Source of the DNA: Octopus vulgaris
Taxonomy: Eukaryota
Length of the DNA stretch: 64,000 nucleotides
Direction of reading: 5' to 3'
Assembly: GCA_951406725.2 (NCBI GenBank)
Contig: OX597821.1
Span: forward strand, 101,742,001 to 101,806,000
In this document: positions 1-14,689 of the stretch, piece by piece
Layout of the letters: every line of letters begins with the position of its first letter
Numbering within the stretch: position 1 is the stretch's first letter
The notes under the pieces: generated by a model
The model's input: the letters and a program-made list of their open reading frames with translations, nothing else
Told to the model about the DNA's origin: nothing
The model's database searches: none
Program-made: the position numbers and the translations under genes

Positions 1-2503
1 ATTTATATATGACAGGCTTCTATCAGTTTCTGTCTATCAAATCCATTCACAAGGCTTTGGTTTGTTTGGGGCACCAGCCCAAGGTGTTATGCAATAGGAT
101 TAAACCAAAACTGTAAGCAAACTTAACAACACAACCATGCTTGCACCTATGTAATTTTTAATTTGCATTTTAATAAGAACCAGATTCTGAAATGACAAAG
201 ACTGTTATTGATGACAGACATGATATAAAAATTTCTTATCCATGATATTCCATTGAATAACTATTATATGATTTGGTTTGGGGATGATTTCCTCTTTCCT
301 CAAGGAGCTAATTACACTACACCATACTTGTAGATATATATCAGGTCTTATTCTTTAGACTATGTAAGAGGAATGTCATAATGCTGTTATATAATATATA
401 TATGCATATTTTGAAATATATATTTCAAATTACTTGCTCTTTGTATGGTTACACTAGCTTCTAAATTTTCCCTTCTCTTTTTTTTATTTCATTTTTATTC
501 TCAAAAGCTGAATTGTAAATTCTTTATAAACTTTCACAACACATGGATGTCTGAGTTACTTTTATTAAATCTGATAATATTCTGTATTGTGTTAGGTGTG
601 CAGAGTATTTTATAATTTATTCATTTAGATTGGCAATATCAATAAAAGTTGTAATTGTTATTGTTATCACAGGAAAATCTCTAGCATTGAGAATATTCTA
701 TTCTCCAAGTGAAATCTTATTCATACCTTAATTAGCACCAGATTAAGCCTGTGCAGTTTTAATTGATATAATTACATAAAAACAAATCAATCAGTAAGTT
801 ACACATCTAGAATGCAGAAGTCTGTTTTAAATATTTAATAGACATAGTAATGAGATTGACAAAGACATATGAAAAAAAAAACCTTCAATATCAATCAGGG
901 AATAACATTTAAAACTACTAATGATTTATAACTGTTTTTATGGAATTTGTATTACAGTTTCTAATTAAAGTCTTCTTATGTCTTATATATTGGAATACCC
1001 TTCTAACTGATCTCTCTCTCTCTCTCTCTAACTATATTGGTTTCAAATTTTGGCACAAGGTCAGTAAGTTCCAAGGAAGCAATAAGCCGATTACATTAAC
1101 CCTAGTGCTCAACCCTGAAAGGATGAAAGGGAAAGCTGGTCTCAACAGAATTTGAACTTAGAACATAAAGACTGAAATGCCGCTAAGCAATTTGCTTGGC
1201 GTGCTAACGATTATGTCATCTTGTTACCTTACTGTGTCTATATTGATGTATTTAAATGCCATACCAAACAGTGGTTTCTCTATGAATGTTGTTTATCCAT
1301 AAAAGGCTAAAATGATTTTGAATGAATTTGAAGATATAAAACAAAACACAAAACTAGTCTTCCCACAAAAATTTTAAGTTAACATCTTTACATTTATGGA
1401 GAATTCCTATCTTACGATACTTTTTATATGTAATTGTTTGCTGTCCATTAACTGACATTTTGGCTTTAAAACATGTTTTGAATGAAAGAAACAATTCCCT
1501 AAGAATGGAAGCAAAAATTCTACTCTTCATGACATGGTATTCCCACCCACCCCAAAGAACACTATATGTGTAAATAAAGTAAGGCAGTGAACCGGCAAAA
1601 TTGTTGGCTCATCAGGCAAAATGCTTAGCAGCATTCCTTCTGGTTCTTTACATTTCATGTTCAAATTCTACTGAAGTTGACTTTGCCTTTCATCCTCTTA
1701 GGGTTGATAAAATAAGTAACAGTTGAGTATTGAAGTCAATGTAATACCTGACTTACCCCTCCAACAAATTACTGGCCAAAATATGAAACCATATTTGTAA
1801 ATAAAATAAGTTAACAGTTTCGCTGAACTTGGGAAGGGAATTTTGGCAACAATGCCTTTTGTCACATCACTAATAACAAAACCAGGAAGAAAACATAGAT
1901 ACAATAAATAAATAAATCTATGACTAAGTAAGATAATATAAGAGTCAGGCAGATCCAGGTAACAGAAAACTGACATGGTTGAGTAATTTAGTCAGGTATA
2001 ATACACTGACCAAAGACTGGCTATAAAAAATACATAAAATGCTATTGGTTGAAAGATTTTATATGGATTTCATCATCATCATCGTTTAACATCCGTTTTC
2101 CATGCTAGCATGGGTAAATTTTTCTGATGTTTAAAATATAATGTAATCATTCATTTTACAATGAAGTAAAGGAAGTGATGATTCTTTATCATAGGAAGGT
2201 GAAAGAGGGGAGAAAAACAGTTAGACAAGAAGTTTGCAACATATTGTAGTGAACCATTGCATTCAGAAATGAAAGAAAGGAGAAGAATAAAGCCAAATTA
2301 AGGGCATTTCTACTGAAACTAATTCAAAAATATTACATGGGCTACTACAAAACATAGCCTAAATTCTGGACATTAAAAAACAAAAAAATTATCTGAAGAA
2401 AATAAATGGATGGTGGGTCTGGAGAGAAAAGAAAGACATGGGGTTAAACAAATGATTGATTGGAAGGGTAATGACACTGCATAAAAGAAAACTATTTACT
2501 CAC

Positions 2504-2515
2504 AGAGTTTCCCAT
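2504..2515 (-). CDS. Candidate first coding exon end encoding MGNS
   Basis: caaccATGGGAAACTCT|GTGAGT: strong Kozak context plus consensus donor (2498-2503). Confidence 0.4.
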
Positions 2516-3449
2516 GGTTGTCCACTAGAAATGATTTTACTGTAGGAAGTTATTCAACAATAATTGTAGTAACAGTGGCGGTGGTGGAAATTGTCACTAC
2601 TACTGCTAGTTTTAGTACTACTACTATTAGTGGTGGTGATAAAAACAAACAAGACAATTTCATTTTGAAGCAAGATAATTAGTAAGTGTTTTACATTCCT
2701 AGTACTATGTCCCCCCCTCCACTGGAATAGGTTACTACTGATGGGTGGGTGTTTAACTTCAAAATATACATCCATTTATTTCAGACCACTTAGTAAATAA
2801 TATTACTCGACTGCTACCCGGAAAGTAGGGGAACCATTATTCTTACTTCGTATCAATTTGACAACTTATCCTGGTGTGTTATTTAGTAATTATTCTATCA
2901 ATTCTTAAGATCAAGTTGACCCATAACTTGTACAACTAATATAGCATGGAAAAAAAAACCGAAAGCTAAACATTACTCAGCGAGTACCACCTAAGTTACT
3001 AATAAATTACAGTACACTTGCTATTCAGAGATTACCAAAATTCAAACTAATAACAGCATGAAACTATTAGTAATTAAGATAATATATGTAAATATGTTAG
3101 TACATGTGTATACTAGTAATCCTAGTATATAAGTGTGTGTTGATAATGTCATAGGCACTCATACAGTGACATATAACATTTGTACTGAACATTACTTACA
3201 AAACATACACACAAAGTTCATATCCTTCACACACACACACAGAGGGACATATATATATATATATATATGTTACAAATAGTGTAGAATTTATAGACAACTT
3301 CTAGCAATGCAGTACTTATCAACTCCTTCACTACAGTCAAAGCAAATATCTCACTCTCTCATTATGTTCTAACTTACAAATGTTTGTTTAATCTAATTAT
3401 TAACATGTTAACTAATAGAAGAAAGTAGAAAATTTAGTACATTGCTCAC

Positions 3450-3568
3450 TTGAATTGAAAAGTATGAATGAAAGAACAACTCCGATATTCACATCTGACC
3501 CGTTTCAATGGACAACTGTATGTGACAGTAACAGAAATGAAGCAACTTTTAAGAAAATAATACAAAAC
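3450..3568 (-). other. Candidate (probably 5'UTR) exon in a CpG-retaining unique island
   Basis: ctacAG|G acceptor at 3569-3570, CAA|GTGAGC donor at 3444-3449, plus an upstream GAG|GTAAGC donor at 3675-3680. Confidence 0.3.
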
Positions 3569-5229
3569 CTGTAGGTGTAGTGTTTCCTGCGGCTTCAAGA
3601 AAAATGCTTCGTTCTCCCCCACACTTGAGTGCAAAAACCAGTCGACCATGTGACTTAATCGTAGTAGATATTTTGCTTACCTCCAATAAAATGTATTTCA
3701 ACATAATAACAAAAGCCTTTCACTACTTCTACATTCTTTTTATTGCTATTGTTTCTTTTTTCTTATGAACTGAATAATTCTGTTGAGATTTTCGCATGAA
3801 ATTACATAAACAATTACATAACGTTCACCTCTACGTCTACTTTAAACCATCCTTTACCCTCACCTCACACCACCTTCTTGTATCTTGAGATACTCTGGCA
3901 TCTGGTCACCACCATCTCTATCTTCTTTCTAGTTACTCTCATATATAATGCGGGGTAGCAATGTATCTTCTTTATAGCAAGACACTTGGGCTTGTTCTTT
4001 TATCATACTTTCTAACTTCTCAACACCTGGCATATAACCATGTCCCCACCTTCTCAATATTCCCCGACTTGTCTTGCAAGTTACCTGGTGACCTTACCAG
4101 TACACACTGTAAAGTGGTTGGTGTTAGGAAGAGCATTCAGCTGTAGAAACCATGCTAAAGATGACATTGGAGCCCAATGCAGCCTTGTGGACCATGCCAA
4201 CCTATGCCAGCATGGATAATAAACTTTAGATGATGTTCTTATACTTGGATAGTTTTCTTCAAACCAATCAGTTTTATTACCAGTCAATTGTACTAGATGG
4301 AAAATCAGTACATAACAAAAAAGAAAAGAAAATTATCCAATGCCATAATTTAATCACCTACCATTTGCATTTTAATGATAAATGTAAAATGTAAAGTTGA
4401 TCCAGCAGATCTAATAGAACAATTACAAGATTGTAATAAATAATTAATTTACCCATTATGTATAATTACAGTCATGAGTTTGTTACAAACTTCAAAATGT
4501 TTAGTTGAACCAGCTAAATTTGATTCTGTGAGATAAGCAAGCTTTAACATCTTCCAGTTAATGAAGGTTAGTGTGGGTTTAAAATATTTTCGATGGAAGT
4601 ACTCCAGTATGGTCACTGCACAGGATTTTGAATGAGTAATGTTTAAAAGGTCTGCTTAAAAAATATTAAAGCATTTCAGTAAGTGTGTGTCAACAGATAT
4701 TTTTAAAAATCAATTTGTGAAAATTAAAAGATAAAAAAAATATCAAGATATCTGGTAATTATTAAAATTTCAAATCAAATTTTTAAAAAAAATTCCCTTT
4801 AAAAGCTGCATTCTGGAATCAAAACAAAATTCTAGTCCACATGAAATAATATTTTATAGAAGAAAACTCTTTCATGATACATAGAATGGCTTGAAGAGTA
4901 TTTTATGTAATTATGATATAATTCATGAAATAATTTATAACCATTGTATCGGAACAGTTGTTTGCATTCAACCTGATATTAAGTGCCCTAGTCCCTTATA
5001 TATGCTATGTTCATATCTGTAACATGTATATATACGTCATATATGTCTAACCCATGCAAGCTTGGAAAAGTAGACCTTTATCAAAACTACTTAACAGAGT
5101 TTTACAGCATACGACTTGTATAGGAAATTTTGGCAACATTTTTCAGTCGCATGAAATCAATAATTTCAAATGCTTCCTTTATAACTATTAATATCATTTC
5201 TTTCACTTTGTTCGTTTTATAAGAATATT

Positions 5230-5595
5230 TTGCAAGTTACTTGGTGACCTCATGCTAGTTGCATAAAAAAAAGAAAAGAAAAATGCACCCAGTATACACT
5301 GTAGAGTGGTTGGCATTAGGACAGCATGAAGCTGGAGAAACCATGCCAAAACAGACACTGGAACTCAACACAGACCATCTAACCCATGCTAGCATGGATG
5401 ATAGACATTAAATGATGCAACACAGTTCTCTGGCTTGTCGGATCCTGTCAAACTCTCCAACCTATGCCACCATGGAAGACATGCATTAAATAATGAAATA
5501 TAGTCATATGGCTTGGCGGATCCTGTCAAACCATCCAACTCACACTGGCACTGAAGACAGACAATGAATGATGAAAATGATGATCATGACGACGA
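5230..5595 (+). repeat. RTE 3'-end-derived repeat with triplicated terminal segment; similar fragments at ~4070-4235, 9775-9975, 11150-11300, 11985-12192, 48375-48525, 49225-49563, 59605-59860
   Basis: Motifs GTGGTTGGCATTAGGA and CAACCCATGCYAGCATGGA...TTAAATGATG match the 3' end of the RTE copies. Confidence 0.75.
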
Positions 5596-5813
5596 GTATT
5601 AGCTACTTGCACTTTAGAAGCTTAAATGCCATGTAAATAGAAGATTTTCATCATTTTATCAGATATATTATAATCAGGATCAACCACTCTATCCACTGTG
5701 TCCTTCCTTTTTAAGACAGTAAGGTGTGATTTGGGGGACATTTTATTGCTATTTCTAGTAGTTCAAGAAACCATATAAAAGCTCCTTTGTTGGTTTGAAT
5801 ATTTTGTAGGTGT

Positions 5814-5979
5814 TAGTAGTGTATTGAGGGGAGGAGGGACAAAACAGGAATTCACCTTGGGTGGCACTTTTATGAGGGTGAAACTTTTTAGCCTAGTGAA
5901 TAAGCCTGTATAACAGGTAGGGGCTAGACACCAAATCAAATGGCTGCTCTGGGTGGCACACATTCTAGCTTTACCACTG
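5814..5979. mobile_element. Possible old hAT-like MITE
   Basis: Degenerate ends TAGTAGTGTA...TTTACCACTG around a G-rich body; no convincing TSD. Confidence 0.3.
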
Positions 5980-8900
5980 TCTGTTGTATACAGAAATTTG
6001 TACAGACCATCTCTCTGATATTTTCATTTTTCATCTCTTCCAATTAAGATTGGTTATCTATCTTTTTAATGTATTTTACATGTGTTTATTATTTTGCACA
6101 AGAGTTTTATTATTGGCAGGTTAAGTTAATGGTGCATAAAATCATAATAATCAGCTTGACTAGTTTGCATTGTTTTGTAAGTGTTGGGTGTGTTGATGTC
6201 TGATAGTGTTTGACTTCTGTATTTCTCTGTTGTATCATTGATCTTTTGCAAATGAGATGTTTGATCTCATTTAACTGCATTGCGATACTAACCTCCAGGC
6301 TCATTATCCTCATCATGGGATGGATGCTTTAATAAACCATTAATTAACATTCAGTCTATGGTTACAGCAGAACTGGTAAACTGACAGTAAATTCAAACAT
6401 TAGATGGAAAAAGAACCTAATTAATAGGATTCGCAGTGGGGCTTCAACATTTCTTTCACAATCAATAGGTGTAGATGAGGCCATATAATTTAGAAGTTTG
6501 CTTTTTAACCACATAGTTTTGAATTCAGTCCCATTGTGTGGCAACTTGGACAATTACACAAAGGCTCTCATCGCAATTCAAACTTAAACACTGTAGATAC
6601 TTTAGCAGTCATCATTCACTAAAATGCATCATGGAATAAACTCCAACAAGGAATTAAGTTTGTTTTTTTTTAAAGAAAAACCATATGAAACAACTAAGAA
6701 GCTAAATGTTGTACTCAAAAATTAATTTGCTAACAAAATATATTTCTAAGTATAAGAATAAATAGATTTTTGCTGACCTTCTAAATATTTAAGACAAGGA
6801 GATGCAAATAAAGACACACACACACACACACATATATGATGGGCTTCTTTCTGTTTTCATCTACCAAATCCACTCACATGCTTTGGTCAACATAAGGCTA
6901 TTGTTGAAGACATGTGCCCAAGGTAACACATAGTAGGACTGAACTCAATACCATGTGGCTAGGAAGCAAACTTCTTAGCCATGCAGCCATGCCTGTGTCA
7001 CTATTAATTTAATTTTCTCCAGCAAGTATGAGAGACAGCTCCAGACCAGTTTTAGCCATTTTCTAACTTCATCAATATGCCTCCACCACCCTAGCTGAAA
7101 TAGTGATGAAAAAAATCACTACATAAATGTGCAAGAATGCATATTTGGGAGGATAGGAAAATATAATTGTTTTGAAGTTCAATAATTCAAATTTTTATGA
7201 AAAACAATAGTAAGTTGTTAGTTAAACAGTTTAGGGATCATTAAACAGCCAAGTAGAAATAAATATGCATAAAGAAAACAATATTAATAGAATATTATTA
7301 CTTAACATTATTATGAAATATACTACAATTATTCAGCTAATTGTACAATAGCAAGAATGCTAGAAAGGTATAATAAATGCTACTTTAGAGTAATAAATTC
7401 TATGATGAATTAAACTGCATGTTGAAAATAAATCCCAAATCTGAATGAAATTTTGGTATTTTAAGAATTACAGAGTGGAATATAAATACACTTCTAATTC
7501 ATCAAGACCAGGATTATTCTTGTTTAAAAAAATCTCCCCTGTTCAACATTAGAAATATATAACATTAAATTTACTGTCTCCATGATATTTTAGGAAAAGT
7601 TTTATTTTCTCAGTAAGTAAGAAACATATTTAAAAAAAATTTGGTGAAAGCATTTTTGTGTGTGTGTATGTGTGTGTGTGTGGTGTGTTAAATTCTTTGT
7701 GTATCTGAAAAGAAATTTTTTTGCATTCATTTCTGCTTGCCTATGAATAGAACAAATCAAAGAAACCTTGAACAATACACATATTCTATGAGTGGAGACT
7801 AGACAATATCAAAAGACCATGGTACTTAAGTCAAATTTTGGTGAAGTGTATCAATTCATAAATAGAGAAGGGAATGATTAAAGGTCTGAATTAATTTTAG
7901 ATAAGAATTAGTACTTCAAACACAAATTTTGGCAAAATATTGAAAGCCACTGAGTGGTGCCATTTACCATATTTCTAACAATCAACATACTTTGCAATAA
8001 AAGTTCCACAATTGACTTATTGAATTACTTCAAGTCATGAGCTACTGAAAGTGAAAAAAAAATCACTTTAAAATAAATCTATATTGTTTATATATACTTT
8101 GTTTCCTTTGCCTCTTCATTCAGTGAAGGCAAGATTTGCATTGTAAATCAATGATAGCTGCAGGGTCCATTTGGAGCAATACTGCCAACAACCAGAGATG
8201 ACAGCACTTCTTTGGAGTTACTTGACATCTAAAAATAACAACCAAATCTCCTTCAAATACTACCCAAGCTTCTTAAATAAGAAAGATAAATTATTTTATA
8301 ATCTTTTTAAGACAACCAGCTGGAATACCTTTGATTACAGGTCTGCTCTTCAAAGTTAGTCTTTGGCTAAATAACAATTGCATAAGATATTTAGAATGAG
8401 CCTGTCACATCACCATCTTTGTTGTCATTATTTAATAGCTGTTTTGTATAGAGGCATGGGTTGGATAGTTCAACAGGAATGGTCAAGTCAGAAGACAACA
8501 CCAAACTCTGCTGTCCGCTTTGGCATTGTTTCAACAGCTGGATACCTTTCCTAATACTAATACCCTTTCTAAAGCTACATTATAAATATATATACACATA
8601 TATATGACACACACACACAGAACAGATGATTCAACATTATCCTGTATGTGTGTGTATTATTTAGGTATGATCACAAGATCAGGGGTTCAATTCCTAACTG
8701 GGCAGCACAACGTGTTCTTGAACAAGACAATTTTTTACAATGCTTCTGACTATTTAGTTGAAATAAATACCAGCTGAAAACTGGTGTGGCCCTATCTTCC
8801 TTAAACCATCACATCCCGTACATTCAGCTAGGCGAAGGGCCAAGAGGATATCTATGCCTGCTTAAAATTACATAGAGACCTAATATAGTTAACAAAAGCA

Positions 8901-9333
8901 TGTTACATACAACCAAGTCACCTTTAATTCTGAGTAACAGACATAGTGTATATATTATGGAGATGTACTTACATAGTGAGTATTTTGATTTGAGAGTGTT
9001 TTGAGAATAAAATAATTACAGTGTGGAAGACACAAGCTGGCCATTCAGAAACATACAGAGATTTAACTTCACTTAAACATTTACTGTTTGCAATATAGTG
9101 CCAAAATTTTTGTTACTTAAAACTGCAACTCAGTCGGCACACATTTATCAACAACCAGATCACAGTTTTCAGCAATGAAAGTTTTGATATCATTTTACAA
9201 ACTATAAATGTCTAAGTGTAGTTAACTATCTTTGTATGTTTCTGAATGGCTAACCTGTGTCTTCCATGCTGCAATCATTTATATATGCACAAGGATGACA
9301 CGCAAATTCATAAAGCGTTCCATATTTATTTTA

Positions 9334-9501
9334 GGCATAGGAGTGGCTGTGTGGTAAGTAGCTTGCTTACGAACCACATGGTTCCAGGTTCAGTCCCACT
9401 GCGTGGCACCTTGGGCAAGTGTCTTTTACTATAGCCTTGGGCTGACCAAAGCCTTGTGAGTGGATTTGGTAGACAGAGACTGCAAGATGCTCATTGTATA
9501 C

Positions 9502-9553
<52 letters not shown>

Positions 9554-9770
9554 GTGTGTGTATATCTTTGGGTGTCTGTGTTTGTCCCCTAACATCACTT
9601 GACAACTGATGTTGGAGTGTTTAGTCCCCGTAACTTCGCGGTTCAGCAAAAGAGACTGATAGAATAAGTACTAGGCTTACAAAGAATAAGTCCTGGGGGT
9701 TGATTTGCTTGACTAAAAGGCAGTGCTGCAGCATGGTCACAGTCACATGACTGAAACAAGTAAAAGAGTA
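9334..9770 (+). mobile_element. tRNA-derived SINE family A, full length (CORE-like segment, internal (TA)n/(GT)n)
   Basis: Pol III A box (TGGCTGTGTGG) and B box (GGTTCAGTCCC), CACCTTGGGCAAGT, 3' GACTGAAACAAGTAAAAGA; multi-copy in the window. Confidence 0.9.
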
Positions 9771-12700
9771 TATCATTATCATCATCAACATTTAACATCA
9801 GTTTTCCACGTTGGCAAGGGTTGAATGGCTTGACAGGGGCTGCACCAGGTTCCATAGTCTGTTTTGGCTAGGTTTCTACAGCTGGATCCTCTTCCTAATG
9901 CCAACCACTTTACAGATTGGACTGGGTGCTTTTCATATGGCACCAACACCCACAACAATGCTTTTAAGTGGCACCTATGTGTGTGTGTATGTGTTTGATT
10001 GACTGTGTGCAAAGGAGACTGACAGAATAAGTACAAGGATTAAAAAGTAAGTACTGTGGTCAATTTGTTCAACTAAACCCTTCAAGGCCAGTATGGTCAC
10101 AGTCCAATGATTGAAACAAGTAAAAGATAAAAATAATGAAGTTTTTTTTCCACTTAAAATACACGAAAACAAAAAAAAATGTGTATTTGATAGCAATAAC
10201 TCCAAATGATTGTCTGATGGGAACTGAACCACACAACCAGTATATCATAATTATTTTACTTTCAAAGAATGGCAAACAAAATGTGTGTATGTGTGAAAGA
10301 GTGAGAGAGAAGGGGTAGGTATGTGCCTAGTGTTTACAGCAGTTTATGTCACTTGTTATAAAATATTTCTTAAAACATTTGTGTCAAGTACAGAGGGTTT
10401 AAAAAATACTTTCTTTATAAAGTTTTCACAGCCCAGGTCTCTTAAATTGATGTCAGCAATTATATCACTCCTCAGACTTATTACTTACATTCTGGATTCT
10501 TCTTTGTCTAAATAAGCCAATAAATTTTCTTAGTCCTTTTTATTTATCTAATTTAATTATGATTTAAAATATGCACTAGATCATGTTTAATTATGTTATA
10601 CATTAATCTATTGCTAGTGAGCATATGAAAATGGACTGACTTTATGATGCTTAGTCTGTATATATTACTCACTGCAGTAGATACTTTATTATTGTTCTGC
10701 TACCATATAGTAGGTTCATATAGGTAATCTACATATATTTTTAAAAAATACTAATCAGGCAATTTAACAGTGAAATACAAATATCTAGTAGCATAGCTGG
10801 GGAATGGGGATCTGCCCAAGCAATGCTTTTTACAGTGCAAGTCTATACTGGCTTATATGCCTAGAGTGGGGCAGCAAATTCAAAGGTTACCCTGGGAAGC
10901 TACCACTTCAGCTACACCATAGCAGATATCTTTTGATTACTTTAAGAATTAATGAAAATGAACAGCTCCTCACTTCTAAAATATGTATCAAAATCAGTTG
11001 GCAATTTGCAATCTGAATGCTTGAGACCCAAAGTGTTTGGGATTACGAATACTTTCAAATATAGAATGATTGTATACTTGCCTCTATAAAATGAGACAGT
11101 TTGGGTATAGATCCCAAGTCTCACCATACATGCCATTTGCATCAGCCTCCCCTAACACCTGTGCTGGTGGCACGTAAAAAGCACCCACTACACTCATGGA
11201 GTTGTTGGCGTTAGGAAGGGCATCCAGCTGTAGAAACACTGCCAGATCAGACTGGTGCTAGCATGGAAAAAGGATGTTAAACAATGATGATGATGATGAA
11301 TACAGTTGACACACATACAGTGAAGATAGTTTTATATGAATCTTGCACTAGTCCAATTTCTTATGTCATAATTTTGCTTTTTTCAAAACAAATCTGCCTA
11401 TGACTCTTTTACTTCAGCTTGTCATTCTATATACACATTCATTTTATGCTCATCTACAACATCAGACTTAAAAAGAAAAGTCCTGAGCTTTCAGGAATTT
11501 TTCATTTTTGGAATCTGAAAGTTTTCAAATGTCTGATAAAGATTATGTGCTTTTAATAAGGTTGCATGAAGCAGTGTCGAAGGAAATATATTTGTGTAAA
11601 GTCATATTCAACACATTTGAATGCACTTGAATATGAGAAAAGCTTCTACTGCAGATTTAGTTCCAGGGAAAAATTCTCCTCTTAGACATGTGTGAAAAAA
11701 CACAAGATGGTCAGTGAATGATGTCACTGGTTCATAGAACTTTTGCATTTCTGTATCGTTTCACTTCATCAGCTATGAAGAACAAGTCTGTCACTCACAG
11801 CCCAGTAAGAATGAAACTATTATGAAAACAGCATATGTTGATGTGCATAATGCTTGGTCAAGGCAGAAGAATTATATGGATGTAAATTCCTTTTTGTCTT
11901 TTCATAAACAGAATGGCTTAGGTCAACTATGAGTCCATCTAACATCAAGAGGCAACATCCTCCATCCCTGGGTTTGTTGATTTGCATGCTACATGGTAAT
12001 CTCAATAATGCCAGTTGCATGAAAAAAGCACCCAGTACACCCTGTAAAGTGGATGGCATTAGAAAGGGCATTCTGCTATAGAAATCATGCCAAAAGAGAC
12101 ACTAGAGTACAATGCGGTCCCAGACTCATTAAACCCTTGTCAAACTGTCCAACCCATGCCAGCATGGAACACGGACATTAAATGATGCTGATGAGCACAC
12201 ATACACACACAATCATCACCACCACCATCATTTAATATCCATTTTCTATGTTTTCTATGCAGGCATAGGTTATTGTTTGACAGGGGCTGGCAAGTCAGAG
12301 GACGGTGCCAATCTCTCTATCTCTCATATATATATATATATATATGATGGAGTTCTCTCAGTTTCTGTCAACCAAATCTACTCATAAAAATTTAGTCAGC
12401 TGTGCATTTAAAAATACATTACAACAAAAACACAAACAGTGCATTTAATTCAGCAGCAATCCATATTTAAATAGCAATTAGACCCAATAACATATATAAT
12501 GGTAATAAAATAATCATTATGTTATAATATAATAATCATTATGTTAAAAAAACTAGAGATATTCCAATGGATACTGTGTTGATAACAAGAAAAACACAAT
12601 CTTAACATGATGTATATGAATATAATAAAATCTAGTTTAGCTACAGATTATTTTTCAATGCTTTCAAACCAGTTTTCCATGCAAGCGTAATTTGCATGTT

Positions 12701-13484
12701 TCTATAAATTTGAACATTTCAATGTGAATTATCGAAAGTGTTTTCAGAAGATGTCTTTAATCACTCAACTGTTAAATTTTCAGCTTGATTCATTCCAGCA
12801 AATAGAAATTCTAAGCCTTGCCTAATGTTCTGATACAGTTACTGTAGTAATATGGCTTTGAACTCCTGACCACGTGATCGACAACAGTCTAGCACCTTAA
12901 CATCACTGCCACTGTTCTGCATAAGATATGACTGAAAAAAATTCTAATCAGTGATTGTAACTAAGATAAATTGAATGGTAATTACAATCAGTTTTATCAA
13001 TAATCATACAACAATAAGATTATTCATGAATTTTAAAAATTGTGGTGTAATTAATTCAACAATCCAGGTTTCTTCTTTTGAGTTAATGTTAGTTGGTTAT
13101 TGCTCTTTTGCATTTAGTCTGTGTTTTCAAACTTCTTTTTCCTCAGCTTAACAAAGGCAATGGTGAAATGTTCTCTCAATCATAACTTGTTTTACAACTT
13201 GCATAAATAAATGAACCTTTATAATAGCAAAAGAACATTAGTTCTGTGCAACAAGATTGTTGTTCACCAACTTGATAGGAAGGAGGTGAGAGAGAGAGAG
13301 GGAGAAAGAGAGACAGAGACAGAGAGTGAAGGGATAGTGAAAAATAGTGCAAAAGAAAAGAAGAGGCAGAAATTAAACAAGTAGCGGGAGATATTCAAGG
13401 AGGAAAATCATGGAGAGTAAGAATCGAAAAGAGAGGAATTGAGGAGTGACAGAGAAACAAAAGGTACAGAGTAACCAGAAAGGA

Positions 13485-13500
13485 GAGAGTGAGAGAGAGA

Positions 13501-13568
<68 letters not shown>
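13485..13568. repeat. (GA)n microsatellite; further long arrays at ~9507-9549 (TA), 18134-18199 (GT/GA), 18710-18767, 20734-20798, 29021-29065, 30057-30103, 33041-33084, 40303-40393, 42083-42189
   Basis: Directly visible dinucleotide runs. Confidence 0.97.
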
Positions 13569-13571
<3 letters not shown>

Positions 13572-14689
13572 GGGAGAAGGAGAAAATACAAGGTAGAGGA
13601 AGCGAAGAGTTAGAGAGGAAATGATAGAAGTGTTCCTGTGATTGTTTTGTGTATGTCTGTGAGTATGAATGAAAGCTTGGTGTTTGAGCATGTGTATGTG
13701 TGCCCGTGTGTGTACGCATATGTGAATTACAAAATGGATAAAAACTTATTGATTGTTGGAGAACAAGAAATCAATATCATCTTGTTTGATTTATTAACCA
13801 AAAATAGCATCAATGGCTTAGGACAACTTGTCTAATGTCTACTGAATAACAACTCTGGACTAAGAACAGACTTTCAATTGTAGCTTATAATTGCATAGTT
13901 ATACTATGGCCCTGACCAGCATAAAGCAGTCACAAAATGTGATTTTCTTCATTGATATTATAGATGTTTCTTACCACATGCTCTTTGCATTTATACTTTC
14001 AATACAGGATTTTTAAACTATTATAGTTAGGATACCAGTGGTGTTATGCAGGTCACATTAAGCAAGTTGTTTCATTTACATGCAAAAAAACTTACAAAAT
14101 ATATGGAAAATAATAACAATGCTTATACCTGTTTTAATAGTTTACTCTATATTATAAGCTTTGGCAGTCTCTTACATTACTTTAGAAAGGTCACACATTA
14201 AAGATTACAATAAGAATAATGTTTTTGAGATGCAAATGTGATATGCATTTTCAAATCCTTTTCCCAATGTGATAAATCTATTTTTACAGCATTTCTTTAT
14301 TATAAGAATTCAAGAATGAATAACCTAAATTGGTAATGAGATTATATTGAAGAAAATGTGTATTGGAAAGTAATAAATAATACACAATCGCAAAAATGAA
14401 ATCAGAATAAAAACCTTTGGTGGGTTTACAAAATCTTTAGGGAAATAAATTCCATAAAATCATACTAGATTAATAAATAGGATCTTTTAATAATAATATA
14501 TAAAGCATAAACAAAATAACATACAAATTATTGGCAAGTTATGTAGTATTATATAGTAGATTCATAAACCATGACTTGAACATCATCAAAATTGTCAAAC
14601 TTCATTTCCCATGAAAAAACAGGTTAGATTACACAAAAATGCCATGTAAAGTGCATCCTAGTCAACTGTTAGTGAAAGACCTACAAAAT

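Noticed and set aside
3446-3649. 67-aa ORF as a coding first exon
   Set aside because: No recognisable homology and it would end in phase 2, unlike the other candidates. Kept only as a possible UTR exon.
7000-7100. Strong minus-strand acceptor (tttttttcatcactatttcAG) with an open frame
   Set aside because: No matching donor before it runs into a SINE, and the peptide is unrecognisable.
9334-9410. tRNA gene
   Set aside because: A and B boxes are present but run straight into a multi-copy SINE body; there is no complete cloverleaf.
13373-13719. Ser/Leu-rich ORFs (and similar VCVC/YIYI/HTHT ORFs elsewhere)
   Set aside because: They are translations of dinucleotide microsatellites.
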